64,000 nt of DNA from contig NC_042998.1 in the NCBI RefSeq assembly GCF_006345805.1, positions 59,148,001 to 59,212,000 on the forward strand, in the 5' to 3' direction. This document shows, piece by piece, positions 49,050 through 61,057 of the stretch. The stretch comes from Octopus sinensis (Eukaryota). Numbering within the stretch: position 1 is the first letter of the stretch; every line of letters starts with the position of its first letter. The notes beneath the pieces are model-generated. The model was not told the origin of the DNA, searched no databases, and worked only from the letters and a program-made list of their open reading frames with translations. The translations under genes and the position numbers were made by a program.

Positions 49050-49525
49050 ATAAAAGCTAATAAACCGGATATTATTATAAAAGATCAGGCAAAAAAAGGT
49101 GTGTTTATTAATTGACATGCGTATTCCTTGCGATCACAATATAGCGGCGAAAGAATTTGACAAGATCAATAAATATAAAGATTTGCTAATAGAATTTGAA
49201 AAAATGTGGCATCTCAAGGCGATTACAGTACCAGTGATTTTAGGATCCTATTTGTACTGGAACCTATTTGAAAATGATACCAGGCTTACAATCCCTACAG
49301 GAAGTGCAAAAAATCGTGTTAACTTGAACGACTCATTTACCGAGAAGAGCATTATCGCTGTGAAAACATCTATTCATGACTTTATTTATTTTTGATTTTT
49401 TAAATACATATTTTACCTGTGAATTTGCGTGTGTAATCATGGAATGCATACAATGAGCTTCTTTGCCCAAGTTGTAAGGAAAACACTCGGCGAGAAACGG
49501 AAGAATATTTGAAGAAACAAGGAAT

Positions 49526-49530
<5 letters not shown>
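49050..49530 (+). mobile_element. R4/Dong 3' end (endonuclease plus UTR) between (TAA)n tracts
   Basis: ANKPDIIIKD...CLLIDMRIPCDHNIAAKEFDKINKYKDLLIEFEKMW...VPVILG, then UTR and a (TAA)n(CAA)n tail. Confidence 0.85.
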
Positions 49531-49556
<26 letters not shown>

Positions 49557-49581
49557 CAACAACAACAACAATAACAATAAC

Positions 49582-49638
<57 letters not shown>

Positions 49639-49669
49639 TAATAATAATAATAATAATAATGATAATAGC

Positions 49670-50400
49670 CATCCCCATTAGAAGAGGAATATTTCAAAGA
49701 GACACACTCCTTTTCTGCTCGGCACTGACATGCTAAATTGAAATAGATGTAGATACAACTGTTACGACAAAACAATCAACCATCTCTTGTATATGGATGA
49801 TTTAAAACTGTATGCTACAAATGATAAACTTCCGGAAACATTACTACATAGATTTACCATAGAAATAAACATGAAATCTGGCTTAGAAAAATGTGTCAAT
49901 GCAACCTTAAAAACAGGAAAAGTAGTTAAGAATATCAACATCATACAATATAAAGGAAATGAAATAAGATAATTAGACCAAAACCAGATATATAAATATT
50001 TAGTAATCAATGAACTAGATACGATACAGCACATGCAAATGAAAGAGAAGATAAGAAAGGAATACTATTGGCGATTAATACTGAAAACTGATCTGAATGC
50101 AAAAAGCAATATAATGAGTATCAGTACTCTAGCCGTCCCAGTTATAAGTAACAGCTACAATATTCTAAATTAAATGAACTAATCAAAATAGAAGGGAAAA
50201 CAAGAAAAATAATTACACGATTTAGGATGCACCACCAAAATCTGAGATAAAAAGGTTATATATATGTACAAAGTATCGAAGGTTGTAGTGACTTTATGCA
50301 GCTAGAAATCTATTACAAAATAACCACCATAAAACTATAGAAATACCAATTTCAGAAGCAAGTAAAACTAATGCAAATAGCTACAGAAACCTAACAAAAC
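49670..50400 (+). pseudogene. R4/Dong RT fragment, same family as 28925-30265
   Basis: IPIRRGIFQ...NHLLYMDDLKLYATNDK...GLEKC...YKYL...MHH. Starts right after (TAA)n. Confidence 0.85.
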
Positions 50401-50641
50401 AAAGACGGTTGACGGTTTTCTGTCTTTAAGAAAGCTGACAAATAATAGTAATAACAACAACAACAACAACACAACAACAACAACAACAACAACACAACAA
50501 CAACAACAACAGCGGACGTGTGACAGCGAACTGCCGGGAAGATTAAATCAAATCTGAAACCATCACGACCCAGCAATTAAAAATCCACAAGAACAATGAA
50601 AGGAAACCATGTTCTAATGTAAGCCATCTCAGGAAACTGGC

Positions 50642-50684
<43 letters not shown>

Positions 50685-50878
50685 CCAAAAAAAAAATGAC
50701 AATAATAACTTCCCTCAAATACGCCGCCACAACACGTGCGTGAAAATGTAAACACATGGATTGCAATATTTCTATATGATTACTGCAAATTTGTGAGTAG
50801 AATATTAAATTTAATATTTTAATTACGTATACATCCATATTCATACAAGACATCTCTCTCTCGCTCTTCATATATACT

Positions 50879-50917
<39 letters not shown>

Positions 50918-51264
50918 TGTGTGTGTGTGTGTGCGTGTGTGTGTGTGTGTGTGTGCGTGTATATATACATATACATATATTGCTGTATCTTCTCGGTCTC
51001 TCGCTTACAAATGAATAATAATTATGAATGCGAAAGAAACATCAACACATGTCAATGAGCGTAAAAACGAAACCATAACAAAACCAAAGGACGATGGACT
51101 AGAACAGGTTGAATTGTTTCTTTTCAGGGAAGCGTTGTCACCGCCCACTGGTAGTAGTAAACACAATTGACCTCTGCTGAACCGCACGGGTGCGAAGATC
51201 CTTTTGTCTCTATGGCTGACATCTCCACCATCTGCCGAATCTATTTATAGACCTGTAGTGTATA

Positions 51265-51496
51265 TATTTCTTTACTACCCACAAGAGGCTAAACACAGAG
51301 GGGTTAAACAAGGACAGACAAACGGATTAAGTCGATTACATCGACCCCAGTGCGTAACTGGTACTTAATTTATCGACCCCGAAAGGATGAAAGGCAAAGT
51401 CGACCTCGGCGGAATTTGAACTCAGAACGTAACGGCAGACGAAATACGGCTACGCATTTCGCCCGGCGTGCTAACATTTCTGCCAGCTCGCCGCCT
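51265..51496 (-). mobile_element. Tail-B tRNA-SINE, full length
   Basis: High identity to 26016-26249 and 54135-54368. Confidence 0.9.
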
Positions 51497-52059
51497 GTAG
51501 TGTATAATCTATTTACCAACCTGATGCCCAACTACAATGGTAGTGGTGTTAATGGTGATAATGAAAAAAATAAAAATAATGAAAATATGCTGCAGTTGCT
51601 GATACTAAATACTACTAATATTACAATAATACTACAACTATTAGCATTATGATAGCACAGGAATCTGAGGCTCAACTACCACCATTACCACTATCTCCAA
51701 CCCTGCAACTGCTGCTGTTGCTGCAAACACTGCTACTACTACACATAAAAACAATAATACCAGTGATATCAATGATGATAATAATAATAATGAAAGGAAG
51801 CGGGTGGAACCTACCCATGGGTTGATTAATGATACATCTAGTGATGGTGTCAGAATAAAAATACTGGTAATTGCGCAACGTGATAATCGCTACCTCATAT
51901 GAGTGACAATGAAAAAAACAAAACAATGTGAATAACGGTGGTAATGAAACTGAAGCCAATGATGGTGACAGTGTTACACTCGGTCGGCTCAGAGAGTCTG
52001 GTCCGGCTCCAGCCTGTCGACATCCAGAAAGAGATCATCAAACACAGCGTAGATAAGCA

Positions 52060-52650
52060 AACAAATTAATGCTGTGGTCATGGAGTGTTACTACCTGAGT
52101 AACCCGGTAGATGAAAATAGTGCTCAAAATAAGGGGTTACCGACAACGTATGTATGATCATTGGAGAGAAAAGGGATTTTTCAACTCACGGAACAGAGAC
52201 TACGTGATCAAGCAAGAGCAATAAGTAAAATTGTTGGTTCCCAGAAGTAGAGCTCGAAGCTATCAAAAGATGGGGCATGGACAATAGCAGCAGAAATAAC
52301 AATGAAAATACAGTTCTTACTAATAAGAGTAATCTCTTGGCACAAGCAAGAAGCAGTGGTAGCTTACTTGATGAGAGACATATAGATGATCCAAAAGAAG
52401 ATGATAAAACTAATAGCAGCATGACAGATGAACAAAAGGCAATCTACGACAGAATAAATGTTAGACTACAGGAGAACGATAGCGACATTATTTGCAACCT
52501 TATAAAGGTTGATCGAGGGAAACTGAACCAAAAAACGAAAAAATGTCAATGAAATTCTGAAATACATCAGGACAAACAACGTCAGAGAAACAAATAATCT
52601 GATCAAGGTAGCAAGTATTGTTGTAGCAGAAAATGTTGGTGAATAGGAAT
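52060..52650 (+). pseudogene. R4/Dong N-terminal region, decayed
   Basis: NAVVMECYYLSNP...GYRQRMYDHWREKG...TEQRLRDQARAI...WF.EVELEAIKR, typical of the R4/Dong N-terminal Myb-like block. Confidence 0.75.
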
Positions 52651-53953
52651 TTTCAGAGCGAAAATTCGGTTTGTTTTCTTTCAAGCCTTCAAATTGAGGC
52701 TAGTGATATATATTTTGCAGTAAATAGTAGAGACAACTCTTGACTTTTACGTTTAAGGAAACCACTTGGCTACTTGATCAGGGTCAACGAGAAAGGTCAC
52801 TGAATTGAATATAGAGTTGATAGTGAGGGGCTTCTGGATAGTGAGGGATTTCAATGATATGTTGCTCATTGTTTGTTTGGCAGTAGGTCATAAGCCGAAC
52901 GAATAACTACTTTGGAATTAGAGAATGAATAACATGCTGTTCGTAAAACATTTCCTTCATAACTTTAAATGTTTTCCCACCAAACCGGTCATTTGAATTC
53001 ACCGCATGCCTGAAATTTCCTATTTTGTAAAAAATTCAATCATCCATTAAAATAAAGGAAGATCATCACTGTGAAGTGACATCGTCTACCGAGAGAGGGT
53101 AACCTTAGCAGTAGAGCAGGACTGGGTGAGTGTTATTGATAACTGCTTTGTATCGTCTTTGTGTACGTTTGATGTTTTGTAAGTGGTTGTAGTGTTTAAA
53201 ATAACTTCTGATATGAACTGAACTGTTTGTGTTATGACTGGTTAGGTGGTCTCTTGGCAGTAAATATTTTTTTATGTAAAGCTCTAATTTTGTGTAAAGC
53301 ACGGCGTATTTCAGCTGCATGCGTGTAAATTATTTATACGACAATTTATATCTACATCCTTTAGTTTTGCAGTGACCATAGCAATGTTTCTCATATTCAT
53401 AAGGTATAAAAGTTATTTGCTTGCTCTTTGACCATGTCTACTTTGCATGAAATGTATACTAGAGTAATATAAAATATTATGATGTACTTAGAAATCTTTA
53501 TAAGCACTGGGAGCTGTTCAAGCACTAGTATCAGACTAGTAGTTGCTTCTCTGTAAATCTGCCAGTTTTACCATAAGGTAGATGAGGATATTTTCCTAAG
53601 CTAAGTTAAACTGACTGCAGTATGTCAAATTTCATTGCTAATAACCAAAATGACAGGTCTTTACTTAGTAGTTAGCACAGATCAGGATAGATAAAATGAG
53701 ATGTTAACTTGGTTCCAAACGAATAGAAATCACAAGGAAGTGTGAGTTGAGTTAAATCACAAAGGTCAAAGTTAAAAATAAGTTGCAGTTTATTGAAATA
53801 GTGAAAATGCATACCACTATTTGTAGGATAAAATCTTATTTTTACGTAATATTTTCATTGCATAACAGCTAAATGGTGACATGTAGCAAATTGTAAACGT
53901 AATTAGTAATTATACAGTTATCAATTATTGTTTCCGCGTATACAAAAAATGCT

Positions 53954-54368
53954 TATTTCTTTACTACCCACAAGGGGCTAAACACAGAGGACGAACAAGG
54001 ACAGACAAACGGATTAAGTCGATTATATCGACTCCAGTACATAACTGGTATTTATTTAATCGACCCTGAGAGGATTAAAGTCAAAGTCGATCTCCGCAGA
54101 ATTTGAACTCAGAACGTAGCGGCAGACGAAATACCTATTTCTTTACTACCCACAAGGAGCTAAACACAAAGAGGACAAACAAGGACAGACAGACGGATCA
54201 AGTCGATTATATCGACCACAGTGCGTAACTGGTACTGAATTTATCGACCCCGAAAGGATGAAAGGCAAAGTCGACCTCGGCGGAATTTGAACTCAGAACG
54301 TACCGGCAGACGAAATACGGCTAAGCATTTCGCCCGGCGTGCTAACGATTCTGCCAGCTCGCCGCCTT
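53954..54368 (-). mobile_element. Partial tandem of tail-B SINEs: full copy 54135-54368 plus 5'-truncated copy 53954-54134
   Basis: Both copies end in the same tail; the second starts at gtatttcgtctgccg. Confidence 0.9.
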
Positions 54369-54603
54369 TCAGTATACAAAAAATACTGTTGTTAATTATT
54401 TACACAACAAAAATTGTACTTTCTTTTGATTTGGGCAACTCCCCAGATGTGAGGGCGCAAATGGCACGATCAACAATCTATCACGAGGTATTTATCTAGG
54501 GGTACTTGTCCTGGTAACATAAATACACACAGGCACACATATAATTCAACCCATGGCAATTCTTGAAGTCTCGTTCAATGTTTGGTATTCTGAATAGTGT
54601 ATC

Positions 54604-54830
54604 TTAGTAATGTTTCCGTTTAAGGGGCACGTGTCTTGTAAGTATTTGACTGGTGATAATACTGGTCAATGACTTCTCCTTCTTTAGCACTTCAACAAAT
54701 GCCCAGATATTTGTACGGAATGAATTAACGTTAGCTTGCATGTGATTATGCCATCCTACCAAACAATGGAGAATAAATGTTATAATTACTCCATGAAGCG
54801 TATTCCATATGCTAACAGAGAACTTGCCTG
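54604..54830 (-). pseudogene. Mutator-like (MULE) transposase C-terminal remnant
   Basis: VSIWN...VGWHNHMQANV...TNIWAFVEVLKKEKSL...Q...KRKHY matches the EGWHN...HPNIW.F...LKKEQ motif. Confidence 0.6.
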
Positions 54831-55339
54831 TTATGGTGACGCATAGAAACAGAGATACACACATACACACGGACACACAGAGACAAAAACAGACAACAGA
54901 CACATACACACATACCTTGGGTGTGAACTCGTGACTGAGGTCACTAAACATCACTAAACATCAAGAACATTGCGCCCATAGACAAAAATATACTTTACCA
55001 CTGTGGCTCCACTGGTGAATAAGAGCCCACCTCTTCAGAGACACAGATATCTGTAGACATGGAAGGTCATAGTCACAGCCTTTTCCTTCGGATCCGGCAA
55101 TTACGAGACAGTTATGTGGAAAAGAAGTAAGCAATCAAGGAAGAAATTGAATAAATGGATATATATATATATATGAAAACACTTTAAGTAGGGTTTCGGC
55201 AACTTCTCGACATTCGATAAGTAATAATATTTTCGTCAAGTTGCGAATAATTTTACTTACATATCATGCTACTTAAGCCTTTCAATTGCTTGATTAAATC
55301 GGTAGCGTGAAACTTAGAACTTCAAAAAGCTGCAACTTG

Positions 55340-55780
<441 letters not shown>

Positions 55781-56413
55781 AAGGATATAATTTACAGAGA
55801 CAACTCCGGTAATATGATAAAACACTGGAAGAGAAATAAATTTTCTTTGTTCCTTGCACAATCCATTTCATTTTGATAATAACCGACAGTAGTGTTGGAC
55901 TAAATGAAGTTACGTATAACTGCATAAAAAGATTATATAGCAAAAGAAATGAACACTTACAAGTACTTTAGCTGTCAAAGACACCTTGTTGTTGAAATGG
56001 AAGCTATTCTAAAAGATATTTCCCCTTATATGTTTTCTTTTAAGGACACACATCAATATATAATTCACGTCACACACACACACACACACACACGCATATG
56101 TACGAGCACAGATTATTTGCCCGAACGAATAGTTAGTGATGGAGTGTATCATCAACTTCGAATGAAGAAAACCACTTGGAGATTTATAATTTCCCTTTCG
56201 CTCCCATACATGTATACATACACATACATGCACAAACAAACAAAAAGAAGGAGAGACAAACTGAAAAAGTAGATAGATAGACATCTACACGCACGAAAGT
56301 GTATATATATATATATATATACGTATAAGGGTGAAAAGGAACACACGAGTTGATATATATGAAAAAACAAGTCAAAAATAGAAAATGCTAAACTAATTTT
56401 ATAGTGAACATTT

Positions 56414-56451
56414 CAGTACCGGTTTCGGTCATTTTGAGACCTTTTCAACTG
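56414..56451 (-). ncRNA. Minimal type I hammerhead ribozyme candidate, U3-A8 variant (left arm)
   Basis: Identical to 60676-60713 on the opposite strand. Confidence 0.7.
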
Positions 56452-57168
56452 TAACGATTAAATAATTAAATTTAGAAAAATTAGAAGAAAAGTTTTTTAA
56501 AGGAATATTTCTATAGTAGTGTTCAGATATAAGTGGCATTCTGCCTTTCTCTGACTCCCTTGTTTGCACTTGTGTGTTGGAGGTCGTTGTGAGTTCTTGG
56601 TAGGGTAGTAGAAGAAGAAGGCTGATGAGGAAAGGGGGTGGGAAAATCTGGGAGTGCCCTGATGGTCATATTTTGAATGGTCAGTGGCGGCTAGCAGCCG
56701 CAGTTCAACTCAGCAGAATATTTCTATTGAAAGGCTTGTTTATGGAGTTTGCGTAGGTGTTATACTAAAAAACATTTGTGATAAAGTTAAGGGGTAGAAG
56801 GTGGAGAAGTAGAAGAAGAAGAAGAAGAAGATGACGATGTTGATGATGATGATGATGATGATGAAGAAGAAGAAGAAGAAGGAGAAGGAGAAGATGATGA
56901 TGACGATGATGGTGGTGATGATGATGACGATGATGGTGGTGATGATGATGACGACGATGATGATGATAATGATGATGATGAAGAAGAAGAGGAAGAAGAA
57001 GAAAAAACAGAGAAGGGAGAATATGAATGGGTGAAAGTAGTGAGGTGTTGTATGACTTGAAGTTGGCATGTTATGGAGTATAGCTGTGATTGGGGCTGAT
57101 TAGTAATGGATTCTTTGGAATGTAATATCTGTGTGTGTATATTTCTTTTATTCTAAAGTTGAGGCATA

Positions 57169-57495
57169 TTAATTGTTTGTCGTAGACCCGTTAAGAAGTG
57201 GCCTGTATTTTGTAATAAAGAGAATTTCTTTACTTATTCGTTGTCTCGAGGTTGTATCGTCCCTAAATTGGTAGAGGGGGAAAATCCTGAAGCTTGGTGT
57301 TTTTTTGTTGGCGCAAGTATCTATGTGTTGGCTAAAAGCTATTTTTCTGTTTTGGGGAATTTTTATCTGGGATCTGTGCAGGGCCATTCGTTTACGCAAA
57401 CTATTTTTTGTTTGGCCTATGTACTGCTCTTGACACCCGGAGCAGGTTAGTGAGTATATTAGGTTCTCCGAAGCACATGTGAAGTTGCTTTTCAC
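57169..57495 (-). CDS. PLE GIY-YIG endonuclease domain, left arm, after in-frame TAG
   Basis: NLIYSLTCSGCQEQYIGQTKNSLRKRMALHRSQI...HIDTC...RISKE..FI.KY.P.LN. Confidence 0.85.
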   Translation of the reverse strand: MKSNFTCASENLIYSLTCSGCQEQYIGQTKNSLRKRMALHRSQIKIPQNRKIAFSQHIDTCANKKTPSFRIFPLYQFRDDTTSRQRISKEILFITKYRPLLNGSTTNN

Positions 57496-57525
57496 TGTAA
57501 ACCGTTGTCCCTGTTTGAAGGAGAA

Positions 57526-58452
57526 CTATGATCCCTCAATTAGATAGTCGCATATCCCGCAATTGGGTCTTCCACATTTTTTTACTGTCGGCTTCTGTGT
57601 TGAAGAGTGAATTCGGGCTTGTGTTAGGAGACTGTTCATGGATTTAGGCTGTCTCTTGCTTTTTATGATCGTGTGTGTTTGGAGGATTGTGTTCATTCTG
57701 TGGTCTTTTTTTAGGAGGGGTATGTTGTGGAGGATGGTGCCGAAGGCTTCGTTATTGAGAGGGTTGTGTGTGGAGATGTATGGGAAGGCTTTTGGTTGTA
57801 AGTTTTTCTTTGATTTGGGATGTCTCAGTTCCTTGATGTTAAGTTGAAGGGCACGTTGAATGCACTTGTCAATAAGTGAAGGTGGATAGTTCCTGGTGAT
57901 AAGGGTATCTTTTAGTTCTTGTAGTCGTGTGTCTCTGGTGTTTGCGTTAGAGACTATAGTGCATATCCTTTTTGCTAGATTGAAGGGGATATTCATCCTG
58001 GTGTGTCTAGAGTGGCATGAATTGAATGGAAGATATTGCTTAGAGTCTGTAGGCTTATAATATATGTCTGTTTCTATTATATTATTAGCTTTCTTAATGA
58101 GGATATCGAGGAAGGGGAGTTGTTGCTGGCTATATTCCATCGTGAATTGGATGTTTACGTCCAGTCCGTTTAAAATTTCCTGGAATTCTATGAGTTTTTC
58201 TATATTTTTATGCCAAAGAATGAAACAGTCATCTAGATATCTCTTCCAGTTGTTTTCTATGTAGATGGAGAAAGGGCTGCTATATCCTTCTAGAACCTTA
58301 CGATACAGACTGATCTCTAGATATCCTATGACTAGGTTGGCAAAGGAGGGGGCCATTCGTGTACCCATCGCAGTCCCCGATTTTTGTCGGTAGAAGTTGT
58401 CTTTGAAGGCGAAGAAGTTATTTTCCAGGATGAATTTAACCCCTTCTATCAC
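57526..58452 (-). CDS. PLE reverse transcriptase, left arm, 5'-truncated
   Basis: YRQKSGTAMGTRMAPSFANL...WKRYLDDCFILW...LPFLDILI...YYKPTD...KCGRPNCGIC. Confidence 0.9.
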   Translation of the reverse strand: MIEGVKFILENNFFAFKDNFYRQKSGTAMGTRMAPSFANLVIGYLEISLYRKVLEGYSSPFSIYIENNWKRYLDDCFILWHKNIEKLIEFQEILNGLDVNIQFTMEYSQQQLPFLDILIKKANNIIETDIYYKPTDSKQYLPFNSCHSRHTRMNIPFNLAKRICTIVSNANTRDTRLQELKDTLITRNYPPSLIDKCIQRALQLNIKELRHPKSKKNLQPKAFPYISTHNPLNNEAFGTILHNIPLLKKDHRMNTILQTHTIIKSKRQPKSMNSLLTQARIHSSTQKPTVKKCGRPNCGICDYLIEGS

Positions 58453-58476
58453 GAATTATTTTTTGATGCGATGTGG

Positions 58477-59946
58477 TATATAAGGGACGACTTAGATATG
58501 CTCAATCACCTACCGAATACTATAAACAAAAACACCATACTGGTATCCTTCGATGTAGTCAACCTCTACTCCAATATCCCACACAACCTAGGACTAGAGG
58601 CAATCCAATTCTGGCTAGAAAATCACGCCAACTAACTACCACATCGCATCAAAAAAGAATTCGTGATAGAAGGGGTTAAATTCATCCTGGAAAATAACTT
58701 CTTCGCCTTCAATGACAACTTCTACCGACAAAAATCGGGGACTGCGATGGGTACACGAATGGCCCCCTCCTTTGCCAACCTAGTCATAGGATATCTAGCG
58801 ATCAGTCTGTATCGTAAGGTTCTAGAAAGATATGGCAGCCCTTTCTCCATCTACATAGAAAACAACTGGAAGAGATATCTAGATGACTGTTTCATTCTTT
58901 GGCATAAAAATATAGAAAAACTCATAGAATTCCAGGAAACTTTAAACGGACTGGACGTAAACATCCAATTCACGATGGAATATAGCCAGCAACAACTCCC
59001 CTTCCTCGATATCCTCATTAAGAAAGCTAATAATATAATAGAAACAGACATATATTATAAGCCTACAGACTCTAAGCAATATCTTCCATTCAATTCATGC
59101 CACCCTAGACACACCAGGATGAATATCCCCTTCAATCTAGCAAAAAGGATATGCACTATAGTCTCTAACGCAAACACCAGAGACACACGACTACAAGAAC
59201 TAAAAGATACCCTTATCACCAGGAACTATCCACCTTCACTTATTGACAAGTGCATTCAACGTGCCCTTCAACTTAACATCAAGGAACTGAGACATCCCAA
59301 ATCAAAGAAAAACTTACAACCCAAAGCCTTACCATACATCTCCACACACAACCCTCTCAATAACGAAGCCTTCGGCACCATCCTCCACAACATACCCCTC
59401 CTAAAAAAAGACCACAGAATGAACACAATCCTCCAAACACACACGATCATAAAAAGCAAGAGACAGCCTAAATCCATGAAAAGTCTCCTAACACAAGCCC
59501 AAATTCACTCTTCAACACAGAAGCCGACAGTAAAAAAATGTGGAAGACCCAATTGCGGGATATGCGACTATCTAATTGAGGGATCATAGTTCTCCTTCAA
59601 GCAGGGACAACGGTTTACAGTGAAAAGCAACTTCACATGTGCTTCGGAGAACCTAATATACTCACTAACCTGCTCCGGGTGTCAAGAGCAGTACATAGGC
59701 CAAACAAAAAATAGTTTGCGTAAACGAATGGCCCTGCACAGATCCCAGATAAAAATTCCCCAAAACAGAAAAATAGCTTTTAGCCAACACATAGATACTT
59801 GCGCCAACAAAAAAACACCAAGCTTCAGGATTTTTCCCCTCTACCAATTTAGGGACGATACAACCTCGAGACAACGAATAAGTAAAGAAACTCTCTTTAT
59901 TACAAAATACAGGCCACTTCTTAACGGATCTACGACAAATAATTAA
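58477..59946 (+). pseudogene. PLE RT plus GIY-YIG ORF, right arm, with in-frame TAA (58633-58635) and TAG (59587-59589)
   Basis: One frame throughout: YIRDDLDMLNHLP...LVSFDVVNLYSNIP...* ...GTAMG...RYLDD...IEGS* ...NLIY...YIGQT... Confidence 0.92.
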
Positions 59947-60675
59947 TATACCTCAACTTTAGAATAAAAGAAATATACACACACAAATATTACATTCCAA
60001 AGAATCCATTACTAATCAGCCCCAATCACAGCTATACTCCATAACATGCCAACTTCAAGTCATACAACACCTCACTACTTTCACCCATTCATATTCTCCC
60101 TTCTCTGTTTTTTCTTCTTCTTCCTCTTCTTCTTCATCATCATCATTTTCATCATCATCGTCGTCATCATCATCACCACCATCATCGTCATCATCAAATT
60201 CTCCTTCTCCTTCTTCTTCTTCTCTTCTTCTTCTTCTTCTTCTTCATCATCATCATCATCAACATCGTCATCTTCTTCTTCTTCTTCTTCTTCTTCTTCT
60301 TCTTCTTCTTCTTCTACTTCTCCACCTTCTACCCCTTAACTTTGTCACTAATGTTTTTTAGTATAACACCTACGCAAACTCCATAAACAAGCCTTTCAAT
60401 AGAAATATTCTCCTGAATTGAACTGCGACTGCTAGCCGCCACTGACCATTCAAAATACGACCATCAGGGCACTCCCAGATTTTCCCACCCCCTTTTCTCA
60501 TCAGCCTTCTTCTTCTACTACCCTACCAAGAACTCACAACGACCTCCAACACACAAGTGCAAACAAGGGAGTCAGAGAAAGGCAGAATGCCACTTATATC
60601 TGAACACTACTATAGAAATATTCCTTTAAAAAGACTTTTCTTCTAATTTTTCTAAATTTAATTATTTAATCGTTA

Positions 60676-60713
60676 CAGTTGAAAAGGTCTCAAAATGACC
60701 GAAACCGGTACTG
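60676..60713 (+). ncRNA. Minimal type I hammerhead ribozyme candidate, U3-A8 variant (right arm)
   Basis: cag TTGAAAA ggtc tcaaaat gacc GAAA ccggt A ctg. Stem I cag/ctg, stem II ggtc/gacc, palindromic ACCGGT, GUA cleavage triplet. Confidence 0.7.
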
Positions 60714-60789
60714 AAATGTTCACTATAAAATTATTTTAGCATTTTCTAATTTTGACTTGTTTTTTTCATATATATATATATATATATAT

Positions 60790-60887
60790 ATGTAGAAAAA
60801 TACAAACTGGGACAAGAACGTAAAACATTTAGAAGACGATACAAAAAACACGGATGGGACATACGAAGCCTTCAATCTTTAGTCAAG

Positions 60888-60890
<3 letters not shown>
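60790..60890 (-). repeat. Short PLE-terminus-like fragment between (TA)n tracts
   Basis: T-rich minus strand (gttttttgtatcgtcttctaaatgttttacgttcttgtcccagtttgtatttttctac) in the same style as 18260-18480 and 45365-45552. Confidence 0.35.
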
Positions 60891-60946
<56 letters not shown>

Positions 60947-60990
60947 ATATACACATCTATCTTTCTCTCTCTCTTTCTAGTTATATATAT

Positions 60991-61057
<67 letters not shown>

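Larger units (their letters stand above)
56353..60775. mobile_element. Head-to-head palindromic Penelope-like element: left arm 56353-58478 (-), 158 bp spacer, right arm 58637-60775 (+)
   Basis: The two arms are near-identical reverse complements, each with RT, GIY-YIG, a microsatellite-containing 3' region and a hammerhead motif. Both outer ends fall in TA repeats. Confidence 0.95.

Noticed and set aside
53954-54368. Repeat-spacer appearance of tandem SINEs and short duplications (also 19925-19977, 14027-14070)
   Set aside because: No regular repeat-spacer periodicity and no cas genes; this is eukaryotic repeat DNA, not CRISPR.
56740-57069. Hydrophobic or poly-M/K ORFs in the PLE 3' region (also 60046-60339)
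   Set aside because: They derive from (GAT)n/(GAA)n repeats whose lengths differ between arms; no conserved frame.
57169-59946. ADAR-type A-to-G hypermutation between the arms
   Set aside because: The 14 differences I counted are mixed transitions and transversions with no A-to-G bias.
56353-60775. Assembly artefact as the explanation for the large palindrome
   Set aside because: The arms differ by many substitutions and by microsatellite lengths, which a simple fold-back chimera would not produce. Long-read confirmation is still desirable.
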